Numbered from the stretch's first letter, positions 50,642 through 62,671 are shown. The stretch: DNA of 64,000 bases from Clostridiaceae bacterium (GCA_021771025.1 JAETPW010000003.1:8279-72278), one strand, 5' to 3'. A program made the numbers and translations. The notes: generated by a model from the sequence alone, not told the origin.

Positions 50642-51169
50642 ATGCTAGAAATTATGGAAGAAAAAGAAGAAAAGAAAATCAGCGAACAAGAAGAAAACAA
50701 AAAAGAAAAACAAAACAAGCCAGAAGAAAAAGATAGGTTAAAAGCAAAACAAGAAGAATTAGACGACGTTACCGATCGTTACAAACGAATTTTAGCAGAA
50801 TTTGAAAACTACAAAAAAAGAAGTCAAAAAGAAAGAGAAAACCTATATGGATCTATCCTATCAGAAATAGTAGAAACCATTTTGCCCGTACTAGACAACC
50901 TAGAAAATGCAGCAAAAGCTGAAACCAAAGACGAAGAATACAAAAAGGGAGTAGAAATGGTATTAAAACAATTACAAGACGTGCTAAAAGCACAAGGAGT
51001 AGAAGAAATTAAAGCCTTAGGAGAAACCTTTGATCCAGAAGTACATGAAGCAGTAAGTAGCATACAAGATGACACCAAAGGAGAAAAAGAAATCGTACAA
51101 GAATACCGTAAAGGATACAAAACAGGAAGTAAAGTCATTCGTCATTCCATGGTAGTCGTAGCCAATTAA
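50642..51169 (+). CDS. grpE: Nucleotide exchange factor GrpE (start ambiguous between 50642 and 50654)
   Basis: Translation and operon context. Confidence 0.88.
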   Translation: MLEIMEEKEEKKISEQEENKKEKQNKPEEKDRLKAKQEELDDVTDRYKRILAEFENYKKRSQKERENLYGSILSEIVETILPVLDNLENAAKAETKDEEYKKGVEMVLKQLQDVLKAQGVEEIKALGETFDPEVHEAVSSIQDDTKGEKEIVQEYRKGYKTGSKVIRHSMVVVAN

Positions 51170-51431
51170 CCGAAGAGCAGGATTAATTCAATGGCTATGT
51201 CAACATTCCATGGCAGTCATAGCTGATTAACTAGTTAAAAGGACAAAGAAAAGAACCCTTATTTAAGTCATGCTAACAAATTTGCCAAGAACCAAAATGA
51301 TCGTTGAAGATAATGAAATGAAATAGACAAGGAAATGGGGATCAAGATAATTTTTAGCATCCAGTCTAGTAAGATCTCGAAGTTTACTAATAGGGGAAAG
51401 GGAAAATAGGTTTAGCTTTGAAAACTAACCT

Positions 51432-52049
51432 ATGCTAGAAAAAATGAAACAAGAAATTGAAAGAAAATACGCCTTAAACCAAATACCAGAAAACTTAAGG
51501 ATAGAAAAGGCAGAAATAATAGAACAAGGATTTATTTATCGTGATTTTTCAACCATCATTCGTGTAAGAAAAATCACTCCTGTATATCCTCAAAAAGAAG
51601 AGCCATACTATATCTATACCGTAAAAACAAAAGGAGATATTAACTATACAGGAGATTACACCCTAGGGCAAAAATACGAAATAGAAAATGAAATCAGTAG
51701 GGAAGAATATGAAAAGGTAATTCCTCATCGAATTAGCCAAAAAATAATAAAAACCAGAATAGTAGTACCAATCGAAAATCAGTTAAAAGTAGAAATAGAC
51801 CTCTATGACGATTACCTAACTGGTTTACTAACAGCAGAAGTGGAATTTCCTGATCAAGAAGCAGCAAAGCATTTTCATCAACCAGAATGGCTAGGGGAAG
51901 AATTAGGGTATAAAGAACTATCCAACCGAAAACTAGCCGAAATGACAAAAGAAGAATGGCAAAGCAAAGTAGGACCAAAAAGAATAAAACAAAATGAAAA
52001 TTTAATTGTTAAGCTAAAAGAAAAAATAAAACAAAATGGAAACCAATAG
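51432..52049 (+). CDS. CYTH-domain protein (triphosphate tunnel metalloenzyme family) inserted between grpE and dnaK
   Basis: N-terminal EIERKY (ExExK motif), about 200 aa, alternating acidic beta-strand pattern. Confidence 0.55.
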   Translation: MLEKMKQEIERKYALNQIPENLRIEKAEIIEQGFIYRDFSTIIRVRKITPVYPQKEEPYYIYTVKTKGDINYTGDYTLGQKYEIENEISREEYEKVIPHRISQKIIKTRIVVPIENQLKVEIDLYDDYLTGLLTAEVEFPDQEAAKHFHQPEWLGEELGYKELSNRKLAEMTKEEWQSKVGPKRIKQNENLIVKLKEKIKQNGNQ

Positions 52050-52169
52050 TGCCATTACCCTAATCAACGACCAAATTAGGGAAGATGCCAATGAAAACTT
52101 GATTGTCAAGCTAAAATAAAAAATAAAATAAATCAAAACTAAATCAGTTATTTAATTTTAATCAAATAA

Positions 52170-54095
<1,926 letters not shown>

Positions 54096-54118
54096 GAGAG
54101 AAAAGAAAAAAGACAGGT

Positions 54119-54258
54119 AGGTAGGGAAATAAGGGGGACGCCCTTTTCTTCCCTATCTAAAATTTCCCTCTTTCTCCTAATTTAAAAATAGAAAAATCAA
54201 TACAATAGAAAGAAGTTATGGGATAGGGAAGAAAAGGGCGTCCCCCTTATTTCCCTAC
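54119..54258. repeat. GGGGACGCCC-core element, complete copy C: perfect 37-bp inverted arms (54121-54157 and 54222-54258) separated by 64 nt, between dnaK and dnaJ
   Basis: GTAGGGAAATAAGGGGGACGCCCTTTTCTTCCCTATC and its exact reverse complement. Confidence 0.85.
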
Positions 54259-54287
54259 TTACTACATAAAATGGAGGAAGTTAATCA

Positions 54288-55451
54288 ATGGCAGGAAAAA
54301 GAGATTATTATGAGGTATTGGGAGTTAGCAAAACAGCGACAGATGATGAATTAAAAAAGGCCTATCGAAAATTAGCCAAAAAATATCATCCTGATGCCAA
54401 TCCTGACAATAAAGAAGAATCAGAAAAAAAATTCAAAGAAGTAAATGAAGCATACGAAACCTTATCAGACCCACAAAAACGTAAAATGTATGACCAATTT
54501 GGACCAGATGGACCACAAGGGTTTGGCGGAGCAGGAGGACCTTTTGGTGGACAGGGCGGATACTATTCTTATAATGGATCAGGTTTTGATGGATTTGGTG
54601 ACTTTGGCGATTTAGGAGACATCTTCTCCTCATTCTTTGGAGGAGGCTTTGGAGGAAGGCAATCGAGAAAACCAAATGGACCAAGAAAAGGAGCAGACTT
54701 AAACCTAAATATAGACATTTCCTTTGAAGAAGCCTATTTAGGAATCGAAAAAGAAATTGTTATCACAAGAAACGAAACCTGTACAACTTGCCAAGGAACA
54801 GGAGCAAAACCAGGGACCAATCCAATCAAATGCCCTGAATGTCAAGGTTCTGGTCAAGTAAGGCAAGTACAAAACACCATTTTAGGGCAAGTTCAAACAA
54901 CAAGAACCTGTTCTACCTGCCATGGAACAGGAGAGATCATACAAGAACCTTGTGAAACCTGCCGAGGAAAAGGAACCATTCGAAAACAACCAAAAATCAA
55001 AGTAAAAATACCAGCAGGAATTGACGACAATCAAACAGTAGTCCTACGTAACGAAGGAGACCCCGGAGAAAAAGGTGGACCAAACGGAGACCTATACATC
55101 ACCGTAAGAATCAAACGCCATAGTATATATACCAGAAAAGGAAATAATGTTCTATGCGAAGTGCCAATCACCATCACTCAAGCAACATTAGGAGCAGACC
55201 TAGAAATTCCTATGGTAGATGGAAGTAAAGAAACGTATAAAATACCAGAAGGAACACAAACAGGCACTAAATTCACTATTCGTAATAAAGGATTTAAAAT
55301 GGTTAACTCTTCTGCACAAGGAGATTTCATTTTCACCGTCACTGTACAAACACCAAAACGATTAAGTAAAGAACAAAGAGAATTATTGGTTCAATTAGCA
55401 AAAACGATGAATGAACAACCACCAGTAAAAAAACGTGGGTTGTTTGGATAA
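54288..55451 (+). CDS. dnaJ: Chaperone DnaJ
   Basis: J domain (HPD), Gly/Phe-rich region, four CxxCxGxG repeats. Confidence 0.95.
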   Translation: MAGKRDYYEVLGVSKTATDDELKKAYRKLAKKYHPDANPDNKEESEKKFKEVNEAYETLSDPQKRKMYDQFGPDGPQGFGGAGGPFGGQGGYYSYNGSGFDGFGDFGDLGDIFSSFFGGGFGGRQSRKPNGPRKGADLNLNIDISFEEAYLGIEKEIVITRNETCTTCQGTGAKPGTNPIKCPECQGSGQVRQVQNTILGQVQTTRTCSTCHGTGEIIQEPCETCRGKGTIRKQPKIKVKIPAGIDDNQTVVLRNEGDPGEKGGPNGDLYITVRIKRHSIYTRKGNNVLCEVPITITQATLGADLEIPMVDGSKETYKIPEGTQTGTKFTIRNKGFKMVNSSAQGDFIFTVTVQTPKRLSKEQRELLVQLAKTMNEQPPVKKRGLFG

Positions 55452-55562
55452 CCAAAAAAGAAACTCATTGTGAAGTATCACTTATTTAGTAGCTACTAAA
55501 TGAGTAAGTACTTTACGATGAGTTCTTTTTAGAAATAAAATAAAATCATTTTAATTTATCAC

Positions 55563-56072
55563 TTAAGAACGAATAAATATTTTTTTAATTTCAGAAACAT
55601 ACATCGTATGATAATCTTTTTCGCTATACCACTGATCATCAAGAGAAGAATCAATAAAACAATCAGGTAGCATATCTTGAACATATAATTTTTGGGCAAT
55701 AACAACTAAATTAGCCTCTTCAAAACAAGGTGTTCCCTCCATAAAACAAGGTGTCAAACTGGAATTTTTCACCTTATCTTCATCTCTACCTGAAACAGTA
55801 CCTAAATAAGACAAAGTTTTACGATAAGACTCATCAAAAAAACAAAGGGAAAAAGTATCATGAGAATCGATAAACTCCTTAGTATAACGCTGAGGACGAA
55901 TAAAAGTAAAAGCCACAGGCTTTCCCCACATAATCCCTAAACTTCCCCAAGAAGCAGTCATGGTATTTATTTTTTCTTCATCACCAGCAGTAACTAACAT
56001 CCAATCTTTTCCAATTTGATTAAAGGGATTTATTGTTAAATCATTAGCTGATATTTCTTTCCATAAATTCAT
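55563..56072 (-). CDS. Flavin reductase-like/flavoredoxin (FMN-binding split barrel) protein
   Basis: TMTASWGSLGIMWGKPVAFTFIRP...; length about 169 aa. Confidence 0.6.
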   Translation of the reverse strand: MNLWKEISANDLTINPFNQIGKDWMLVTAGDEEKINTMTASWGSLGIMWGKPVAFTFIRPQRYTKEFIDSHDTFSLCFFDESYRKTLSYLGTVSGRDEDKVKNSSLTPCFMEGTPCFEEANLVVIAQKLYVQDMLPDCFIDSSLDDQWYSEKDYHTMYVSEIKKIFIRS

Positions 56073-56248
56073 TTTTTAACCTCCTATTTTTTCTCTTATT
56101 ATACTATGTAAAAGGGGAAAAATAAATACAATAAAATAAAAATGAAAAAATAGGAGCCAAAAGGGTCATAGCATATAGAAAAATTTTTTCTATATGAATA
56201 ATCAATAACTTAAAAACTAAGAGGTTAACTCCAGCACAAAAAAGCCAG

Positions 56249-56607
56249 AACTAACCTCTAATATATTTAAATAATAACATTTACATCTCCTGCTCGGAGC
56301 ATTTCCATAACCATATTTACATTCTAATATATTTAAACAATAACTGTGCTACTAAACTTAAAAAGAATTGATTAATTCCACTTTATATTCTAATATATTT
56401 AAATAATAACTTAACATTTTAACAATATACAAGAAACCAAGTCGACCTTTATATTCTAATATATTTAAATAATAACGTACAAACATAGCAGAATTGCCAA
56501 ACAATTTAACAGTCTTTATATTCTAATATATTTAAATAATAACAAAACAGAAAATATAAATTCGTAAAAAATTATAACTTTATATTCTAATATATTTAAA
56601 TAATAAC
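56249..56607 (-). CRISPR. Orphan CRISPR-like array: six 30-bp repeats (consensus CTTTATATTCTAATATATTTAAATAATAAC on the + strand) with five unique spacers of 34-37 bp. The leftmost repeat is degenerate, so the leader is inferred on the right and transcription on the minus strand
   Basis: Repeats at 56249-78 (degenerate), 56315-44 (3 mismatches), 56381-410, 56447-76, 56514-43 and 56578-607; spacers are 36, 36, 36, 37 and 34 nt. A candidate minus-strand promoter TTGATT-16-TATGAT lies at about 56650-56695. No cas genes are in the window. Confidence 0.6.
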
Positions 56608-56918
56608 AGGTAGCCCAACAACCCCACCATTTTTCTATATTTTCTTCTTCCATTCTGTCGATCTATACCAATCATACCACAAATTATCATAAAATCAATA
56701 ACATTTTCAAAAAAGTTAATATGACTAGCTTTTCAGCATCTGTCGTACTCCCCAATTTTTTACATTATTAAAGGTCGACAGATTTATCTAAAAAACGAAA
56801 AAGAAACTTCCCATAAAAACATTCTCTCTCAAAACAAAAAATACCTCAAACACTAGACATTACTCCCAAAAAAAGATATAATAACCTTAGCAAAATCAAG
56901 AGAGGATACAAAAAGGAA

Positions 56919-57395
56919 ATGAGAAAAAAAGTATTATTCATCTCCAGCACAGGAGGGCACTTAAGCGAATTATTAGAACTAAAACCACTATTTGAAAAAT
57001 ACGATTATCACATCATCACCGAAAAAGATAAAGCAAACGAAAGTCTAAAAGAGATATACGGAGATAAATTATCATTTTTGCCCTATGGTACAAGAGCTAA
57101 ACTTTTGTCTTATTTAGTTAAGTATTTTCTTTTATGTTGTCAAACAGTGTATTATTATTTTAAGATTAGACCTAAAGTAATCGTAACCACAGGAACTCAC
57201 ACAGCTGGGCCAATGTGCTTATTAGGAAAACTATTGGGAAGCAAAATTATCTATATCGAAACCTATGCCAATACTAATCAAAAAACAGCAACAGGAAGAT
57301 TATTATACCCAATTGCTGATTTATTTATCGTGCAATGGGAAGAAATGTTAACCATTTACCCCAAAGCAGTATATGGAGGGACAATCTATTCATGA
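56919..57395 (+). CDS. Alg14-like glycosyltransferase membrane-anchor subunit (PssD/Cps14F/EpsE-like)
   Basis: LFISSTGGHLSELLEL matches the Alg14 GSGGHTxEM motif; the stop overlaps the start of the next gene (ATGA). Confidence 0.7.
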   Translation: MRKKVLFISSTGGHLSELLELKPLFEKYDYHIITEKDKANESLKEIYGDKLSFLPYGTRAKLLSYLVKYFLLCCQTVYYYFKIRPKVIVTTGTHTAGPMCLLGKLLGSKIIYIETYANTNQKTATGRLLYPIADLFIVQWEEMLTIYPKAVYGGTIYS

Positions 57396-57889
57396 TTTTT
57401 GTAATGTTAGGAACTCAAAATAATAGTTTTCATCGTTTATTAGAAAAAATAGATGAATTAATTGAAAAAGAAGTCATTCAGGAAGAAGTAATTGTACAAG
57501 CAGGATACACAAAATATGAATCAAAGAATATGGAAATATTTGATATGATCCCTAGAAATGAATTAGAAAATTACCAAAAGGAAGCAAGTTTAATCATTAC
57601 TCATGGAGGGGTAGGATCAATTGTTTCTTCATTAAAACAGGGAAAAAAGGTAATTGCTGTACCTCGCAAGCACGAATATGGTGAACACGTAAATAATCAT
57701 CAACAAGAGATCATCAAAGAGTTTGAAGAAAAAGGGTATATCATTGGTGTTTCAGGAGTAGAAGAATTACCAAAAGCATGGGAAAGATTAACTACCTTTA
57801 AACCTAAACCATATCAAGCGGGCAATCAAAAAATGTTATCGCTTATTGAAGATTTTATTGATTCTCAAATGACAAAAGAAAAGAAGTAA
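57392..57889 (+). CDS. Alg13-like glycosyltransferase catalytic subunit (PssE/Cps14G/EpsF-like, Glyco_tran_28_C)
   Basis: IFVMLGTQNNSFHRL... and ITHGGVGS motifs; GGAGGG RBS; translationally coupled to the Alg14-like gene. Confidence 0.7.
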   Translation: MIFVMLGTQNNSFHRLLEKIDELIEKEVIQEEVIVQAGYTKYESKNMEIFDMIPRNELENYQKEASLIITHGGVGSIVSSLKQGKKVIAVPRKHEYGEHVNNHQQEIIKEFEEKGYIIGVSGVEELPKAWERLTTFKPKPYQAGNQKMLSLIEDFIDSQMTKEKK

Positions 57890-57914
57890 AAAGTAGCAAA
57901 ATAAGGAGAACCAA

Positions 57915-59916
57915 ATGAACATTAACGATAATACCACAAATCAAAACCAAGAAAAGACTAACCATCAAGAAAAAGAAACAAAATCAAAAAATAAAGAAAA
58001 AGTAGCTTTAACACAAAATCAAAATAGCAAAAGAATTCTGCAAAAAGGATTGAATTCTATCGCTTTTCCGATAGTAATAGGAATAGGGCTACTCATAAAA
58101 ACAGTATTTTTTTATACACAAACTATAGCAAGTACAGAAGGTCTAGCTATGGAAACAATGATAGGAACGACTATTATTTTAACTACTCTTACCTGCTTTC
58201 TAGCAATGTTACCAAATCGTGCTAGAATTTTAACAACATTAGGATTAGATGCTGTCTTAAGTCTGATTTTATGGGGTGATGGGTTATATTATCAATACTC
58301 CAATAATGTATTATCCGTTTCCCAAATTACCAACTTACAATATGGAGAAGAAATCATGGGAACTCTTCCTATGTTACTACAGGTAAATCAACTGATCTAT
58401 ATGATCGATATCTTAATTGTCATTGGATTAATCCTAGGAAAAGTAATCTCCATTAGCCAAAAACCAAAAAAATCAAAGAAACAAAGACTAGGAAAAATCC
58501 TATTTGGCATAATAGGAAGTATTTTATTTGTTGCCACCTGTGTACATTATGGGGAAAAGGGAATCGATAAATCATATAATAAAGACCTACAAATTAGAGA
58601 AGCAACCATTTTTGGATACCATCTGCTAGATATAGAAAGTATGATCAATAGTAAAAAACAAGCACCATTTAAGACAAAACAAGAAATGCTAGCTATTTAT
58701 GAACCGCTAAAAGAAAGGTATGAACAAAATTACGGAGATCAGGTAATAGAGGGGTTAGAAGGAATAGCCAAAAATAAAAATGCCATCATTGTACAATTAG
58801 AATCATTTCAAGAATTTGTTTTGCACCAAACCATTGATGGGCAAGAAATCACACCAAACTTGAACCGCTTTTTAACAGAAAATATTGAATTTACAGATAT
58901 GCACATGCAAAGTTACTCATCTACCGCAGATTCAGAATTTTCAACAATAACCTCTTTCTATCCTATGGAAAATGGAATGTCATTTAGCCGCTATGATGGA
59001 AATCACTATGATGATATTTTTGCTATGTTCCATGAAGCTGGTTACCAAACAGGATATATGCACGGAAATGTCCGGATCTTTCTGGAATCGAAATAATGTG
59101 TATAAACGTTTGCCGGTAGATCATATCGACTTTATTGATCAATTTGAAGACACATCAGAAATGGTAAATGGCTATCTATCCGATGAACTACTATATATTC
59201 AGGCTGTACAAAAACTAAAAACGAGGCAAACACAAGATAAACCGATTTTTCAATTTATTGTAGCTGCCTCTTCGCACACAGGGTTTGGCTTAGAAGGTCT
59301 GCAAGACAGAAGCAAAATTTCCATTGATGTAGGAAAATACCAAGACACATATTTTGGTCATTATCTAGAAGCGGTAAACTATGCAGACTATGCCTTTGGT
59401 GTATTATTAGAAAAATTAAAACAAGAAAATTTATACGAAGACACGGTCATTTTAGTTTTTGGGGATCATAATGGGCTACCTATGGTTAACGAAGAATTAG
59501 AAGACTTTCTACAAGAACGTCATGGAGAAATAAAGGAAATTGACCGAAAACTAACCTATACACGAGTAGCTGCTGGCATGAGAATTCCGGGAATAGAGCC
59601 ACTAAAAATCAATAAACCAATTAGTAAACTAGATATTAAACCAACTTTCTCTATTCTTTTTGGTCTATCAGACGGAATCTCATTAGGAACTAGTTTTTTT
59701 GGAACCAAAGATTACGTTTCTTTAAACAACGAAAGAATTATTGCAGAAGATAGTTATTTTGACGAAGTTTGGTACAAGCGATCAACAGGAGAAATCATTG
59801 ACGAAGAAAATTGTGCAGAAGACCAAAAACAAAAATTAATCCAAAGAGTACAAAACATGAAAGAAGAATTAGCCATTTCTTTATCAACCAATATTCATAA
59901 CCTGCTAGCACAATAA
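57915..59916 (+). pseudogene. LtaS-family sulfatase-domain protein (lipoteichoic acid synthase-like) split by a +1 frameshift near 59070
   Basis: N-terminal five TM helices; frame 1 ends ...YMHGNVRIFLESK, frame 2 continues GSFWNRNNVYKRLPVDHIDF...FGDHNGLP. This matches the contiguous LtaS region HG..FWNR.QVYK. Confidence 0.7.
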
Positions 59917-59933
59917 AAGGAAAATAAGAAAGG

Positions 59934-60965
59934 ATGTCAGGCATGGAAGAAGAAAGAATCATCAATCCAGAACTAGAAAATCAAGGAGAAGAACGCTTAG
60001 AAAATTCATTGCGTCCGAAAACATTAGAAGAATATATAGGGCAAGACAAAATAAAAGAACACATGAAAATATATATTGAAGCAGCGAAAAAAAGAGGAGA
60101 ACCACTAGATCATGTTCTCCTTTATGGACCACCGGGATTAGGAAAAACAACTCTCTCCAATATCATTGCTAACGAAATGCAATCCAATATCAAAATTACT
60201 TCCGGACCAGCCATAGAAAAACCAGGTGACTTAGCCTCTATTCTAACAAATTTATGCGAATATGACGTCCTTTTCATCGATGAAATACACCGCTTAAGCA
60301 AAAGCGTAGAAGAAATTCTCTATCCGGCCTTAGAAGATTACACACTAGATATTATGATCGGAAAAGGACCAAGTGCGAGATCAATTCGCTTAGATCTACC
60401 CAAATTCACTTTAATTGGAGCGACCACAAAAGCAGGATCATTAACCACACCATTAAGAGACCGATTTGGCATAGTTGATCGACTAGAACTCTATAATGAA
60501 GAAGATTTAACCAAAATCATCAAACGATCAAGCCATATCTTAGACGTAGAAATACAAGAAGAAGCAGCCATAGAAATGGCACGAAGATCAAGAGGAACAC
60601 CAAGAATAGCCAACCGACTACTAAAACGAGTAAGAGACTACGCATCAGTCATCGGAAATGGAACAATCGATCTAAAAATAGCCAAACACGCATTAAACAA
60701 ACTAGAAATAGACGAATTAGGTCTAGATGATATCGACCGAAAACTCCTAGACACCATGATCACCCAATATGCCGGAAAGCCAGTAGGAATAGAAGCATTA
60801 GCAGCAACCATAGGAGAAGAATTAGACACTATAGAAGATGTCTATGAACCATACCTAATCCAAATTGGATTCATTGCTAGAACACTAAGAGGAAGAATGG
60901 TTTTACCACCAGCGTATCATCATTTAGGGTACCCTTATTTAGGGGACTCAGGGAGAAGGAACTAG
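59934..60965 (+). CDS. ruvB: Holliday junction branch migration helicase RuvB
   Basis: Walker [10 protein letters not shown], RuvB domain architecture. No ruvA lies upstream. Confidence 0.9.
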   Translation: MSGMEEERIINPELENQGEERLENSLRPKTLEEYIGQDKIKEHMKIYIEAAKKRGEPLDHVLLYGPPGLGKTTLSNIIANEMQSNIKITSGPAIEKPGDLASILTNLCEYDVLFIDEIHRLSKSVEEILYPALEDYTLDIMIGKGPSARSIRLDLPKFTLIGATTKAGSLTTPLRDRFGIVDRLELYNEEDLTKIIKRSSHILDVEIQEEAAIEMARRSRGTPRIANRLLKRVRDYASVIGNGTIDLKIAKHALNKLEIDELGLDDIDRKLLDTMITQYAGKPVGIEALAATIGEELDTIEDVYEPYLIQIGFIARTLRGRMVLPPAYHHLGYPYLGDSGRRN

Positions 60966-61102
60966 GGAACTAGGGAAAAAAAGGGGACGCCCTTAATTTC
61001 CCTATCCAAAATTTCCCTGTTTTAACAATAGCAGTAATATTCAGCAGTAAATCAATAGGGAAAAAAAGCATAGGGAAGAAAAGGGCGTCCCCTAAGGGAA
61101 AG
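60962..61102. repeat. GGGGACGCCC-core element, copy D: an imperfect inverted pair separated by about 70 nt. It overlaps the ruvB stop and ends about 10 nt before the next ATG
   Basis: Left arm AGGGAAAAAAAGGGGACGCCCTTAATTTCCCTATCC; right arm ATAGGGAAGAAAAGGGCGTCCCCTAAGGGAAAGG. Confidence 0.8.
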
Positions 61103-61111
61103 GATATAAAT

Positions 61112-62671
61112 ATGAGGAACAAAGCAAAAAAAATAGCCATATTTGCTTTCTTATTTGTGATGATATTATCATTATTACTCATCAAACCAATTGAAGATTT
61201 AGATGAAATATGGAATTATAATACAGCCAGAGCAATTGCCTCAGGCTTAACACCTTACCGAGAAGTTAGCATGATCACCACTCCATTTTTACCCATGATA
61301 AATTCTCTTTTTTTGCACGGGATAGCCAATCAAGTGATTACCATGAGAGTGTTAGCAGCTTTATTAGGAGCAGGAATTTGCTATTTACTTTACCGTATAT
61401 TTCAGCACATTTGGCACGAAACCAATATCAGTTTAATAGCAACAGCAGGAATAGGGTATTTACTTCATGAATTTTTCTGTTTAGACTATAACTTTGCCAA
61501 TCTTTTTATCGCTCTCCTATTGTTGCTGATTACGATAAACCAAAATCAAAAACAACAATCCATACAAGAAATCACTCTCCAGAAGAATAAACAAATAGGA
61601 ATGGGGTTATTAGCGGGAATAGCGATAGGAATTAAGCAAACAACAGGACTTACCATTTGCTTAATTACCTTACTACTACCTCTGCTAGAAATACGAAAAA
61701 AAGAAGACTTAAAAGCATATGGGAAAATAACAGCCTATCGCATAATAGGAATGGCGATTCCCATGATAGGATTACTAGGATATTTAATCATCACACAATC
61801 TTTACCTGACTTTATTTCCTACTCTATACAAGGAATATCAACATTTACCAATCAAATCCCATATGAACGATTATTAGAAAGCGACAAAACAGAAATAAAA
61901 ATACTAGCTAGATTAGTACCAATCTCATGGCTTATTCTATTAATAACAAGTATAATCACAAGAAAAAAACACCAAGAAAGAAACAATTGGCTAAGTATGC
62001 TAGGATATGGACTAGCCATGATTATTATGATCTATCCTATCTCAGACGAAATACATTTTATCATTGGAAGCACAATTTTTATTCTAGCCGATATAGCTAT
62101 TTTAGGAAGCTTTGGAAAATATGTCCTACAAAAATTAATCATCAAATTCCCCAAACTACACCTAAAAAGAACCTATAAAATCATCACATTATTGCTATTT
62201 TTAGGAATCTATGGCTGGATAGCAAGTAAAGGCATAACCAACCTAAGGAAATACGATACCTTAGAAAAAAACGAAACAATCGCTCACTACCAAGAAATCG
62301 AAATAAAAGACTATTTAAAGCAAAGAATTAATGAAATAGACCAATACATCACCGAAAAAAACAAGCAAGGAAAAACAGTGTATATCCTAGATGCAGAAGC
62401 AGCAATTTACCAAATCCCATTAAACCACTATCACAAAAACTTTGATATGTTCTTAAAAGGAAACTTAGGAAAAGAAGGAGAACAAGGAATAATCAAACAA
62501 ATCCAAGAACTACAGCAAGACCCTAACAACCTATTTCTCATTCGTCATCCAGACTGGCGACAAAATTGGCAAACACCAATGGAAGTTATTCAGTATGTAA
62601 GAAACAATTTCATTAAAACGGGAGAAATATCGTTTTATGAAGAATTTCTTCCTTCTGGGGACGGTTCCTAA
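61112..62671 (+). CDS. Polytopic membrane protein, GT-C fold glycosyltransferase-like (ArnT/PMT/YfhO-like)
   Basis: 519 aa with more than 10 TM helices and the loop motif DLDEIWNYNTARAIASG. Confidence 0.5.
   Translation: MRNKAKKIAIFAFLFVMILSLLLIKPIEDLDEIWNYNTARAIASGLTPYREVSMITTPFLPMINSLFLHGIANQVITMRVLAALLGAGICYLLYRIFQHIWHETNISLIATAGIGYLLHEFFCLDYNFANLFIALLLLLITINQNQKQQSIQEITLQKNKQIGMGLLAGIAIGIKQTTGLTICLITLLLPLLEIRKKEDLKAYGKITAYRIIGMAIPMIGLLGYLIITQSLPDFISYSIQGISTFTNQIPYERLLESDKTEIKILARLVPISWLILLITSIITRKKHQERNNWLSMLGYGLAMIIMIYPISDEIHFIIGSTIFILADIAILGSFGKYVLQKLIIKFPKLHLKRTYKIITLLLFLGIYGWIASKGITNLRKYDTLEKNETIAHYQEIEIKDYLKQRINEIDQYITEKNKQGKTVYILDAEAAIYQIPLNHYHKNFDMFLKGNLGKEGEQGIIKQIQELQQDPNNLFLIRHPDWRQNWQTPMEVIQYVRNNFIKTGEISFYEEFLPSGDGS

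Noticed and set aside
50614-50660. Shared ATGCTAGAAA starts of grpE and the CYTH gene as evidence of gene fusion or duplication
   Set aside because: The similarity is only about 10 nt. It is noted in the CYTH finding but is too short to support an independent claim.
56249-56607. Interpreting the repeat array as a simple minisatellite
   Set aside because: Repeats are constant length (30 bp) with unique, similarly sized (34-37 bp) non-repetitive spacers and a degenerate terminal repeat. This fits CRISPR architecture better than a tandem minisatellite. It is kept as CRISPR-like at moderate confidence, because the absence of cas genes leaves it uncertain.
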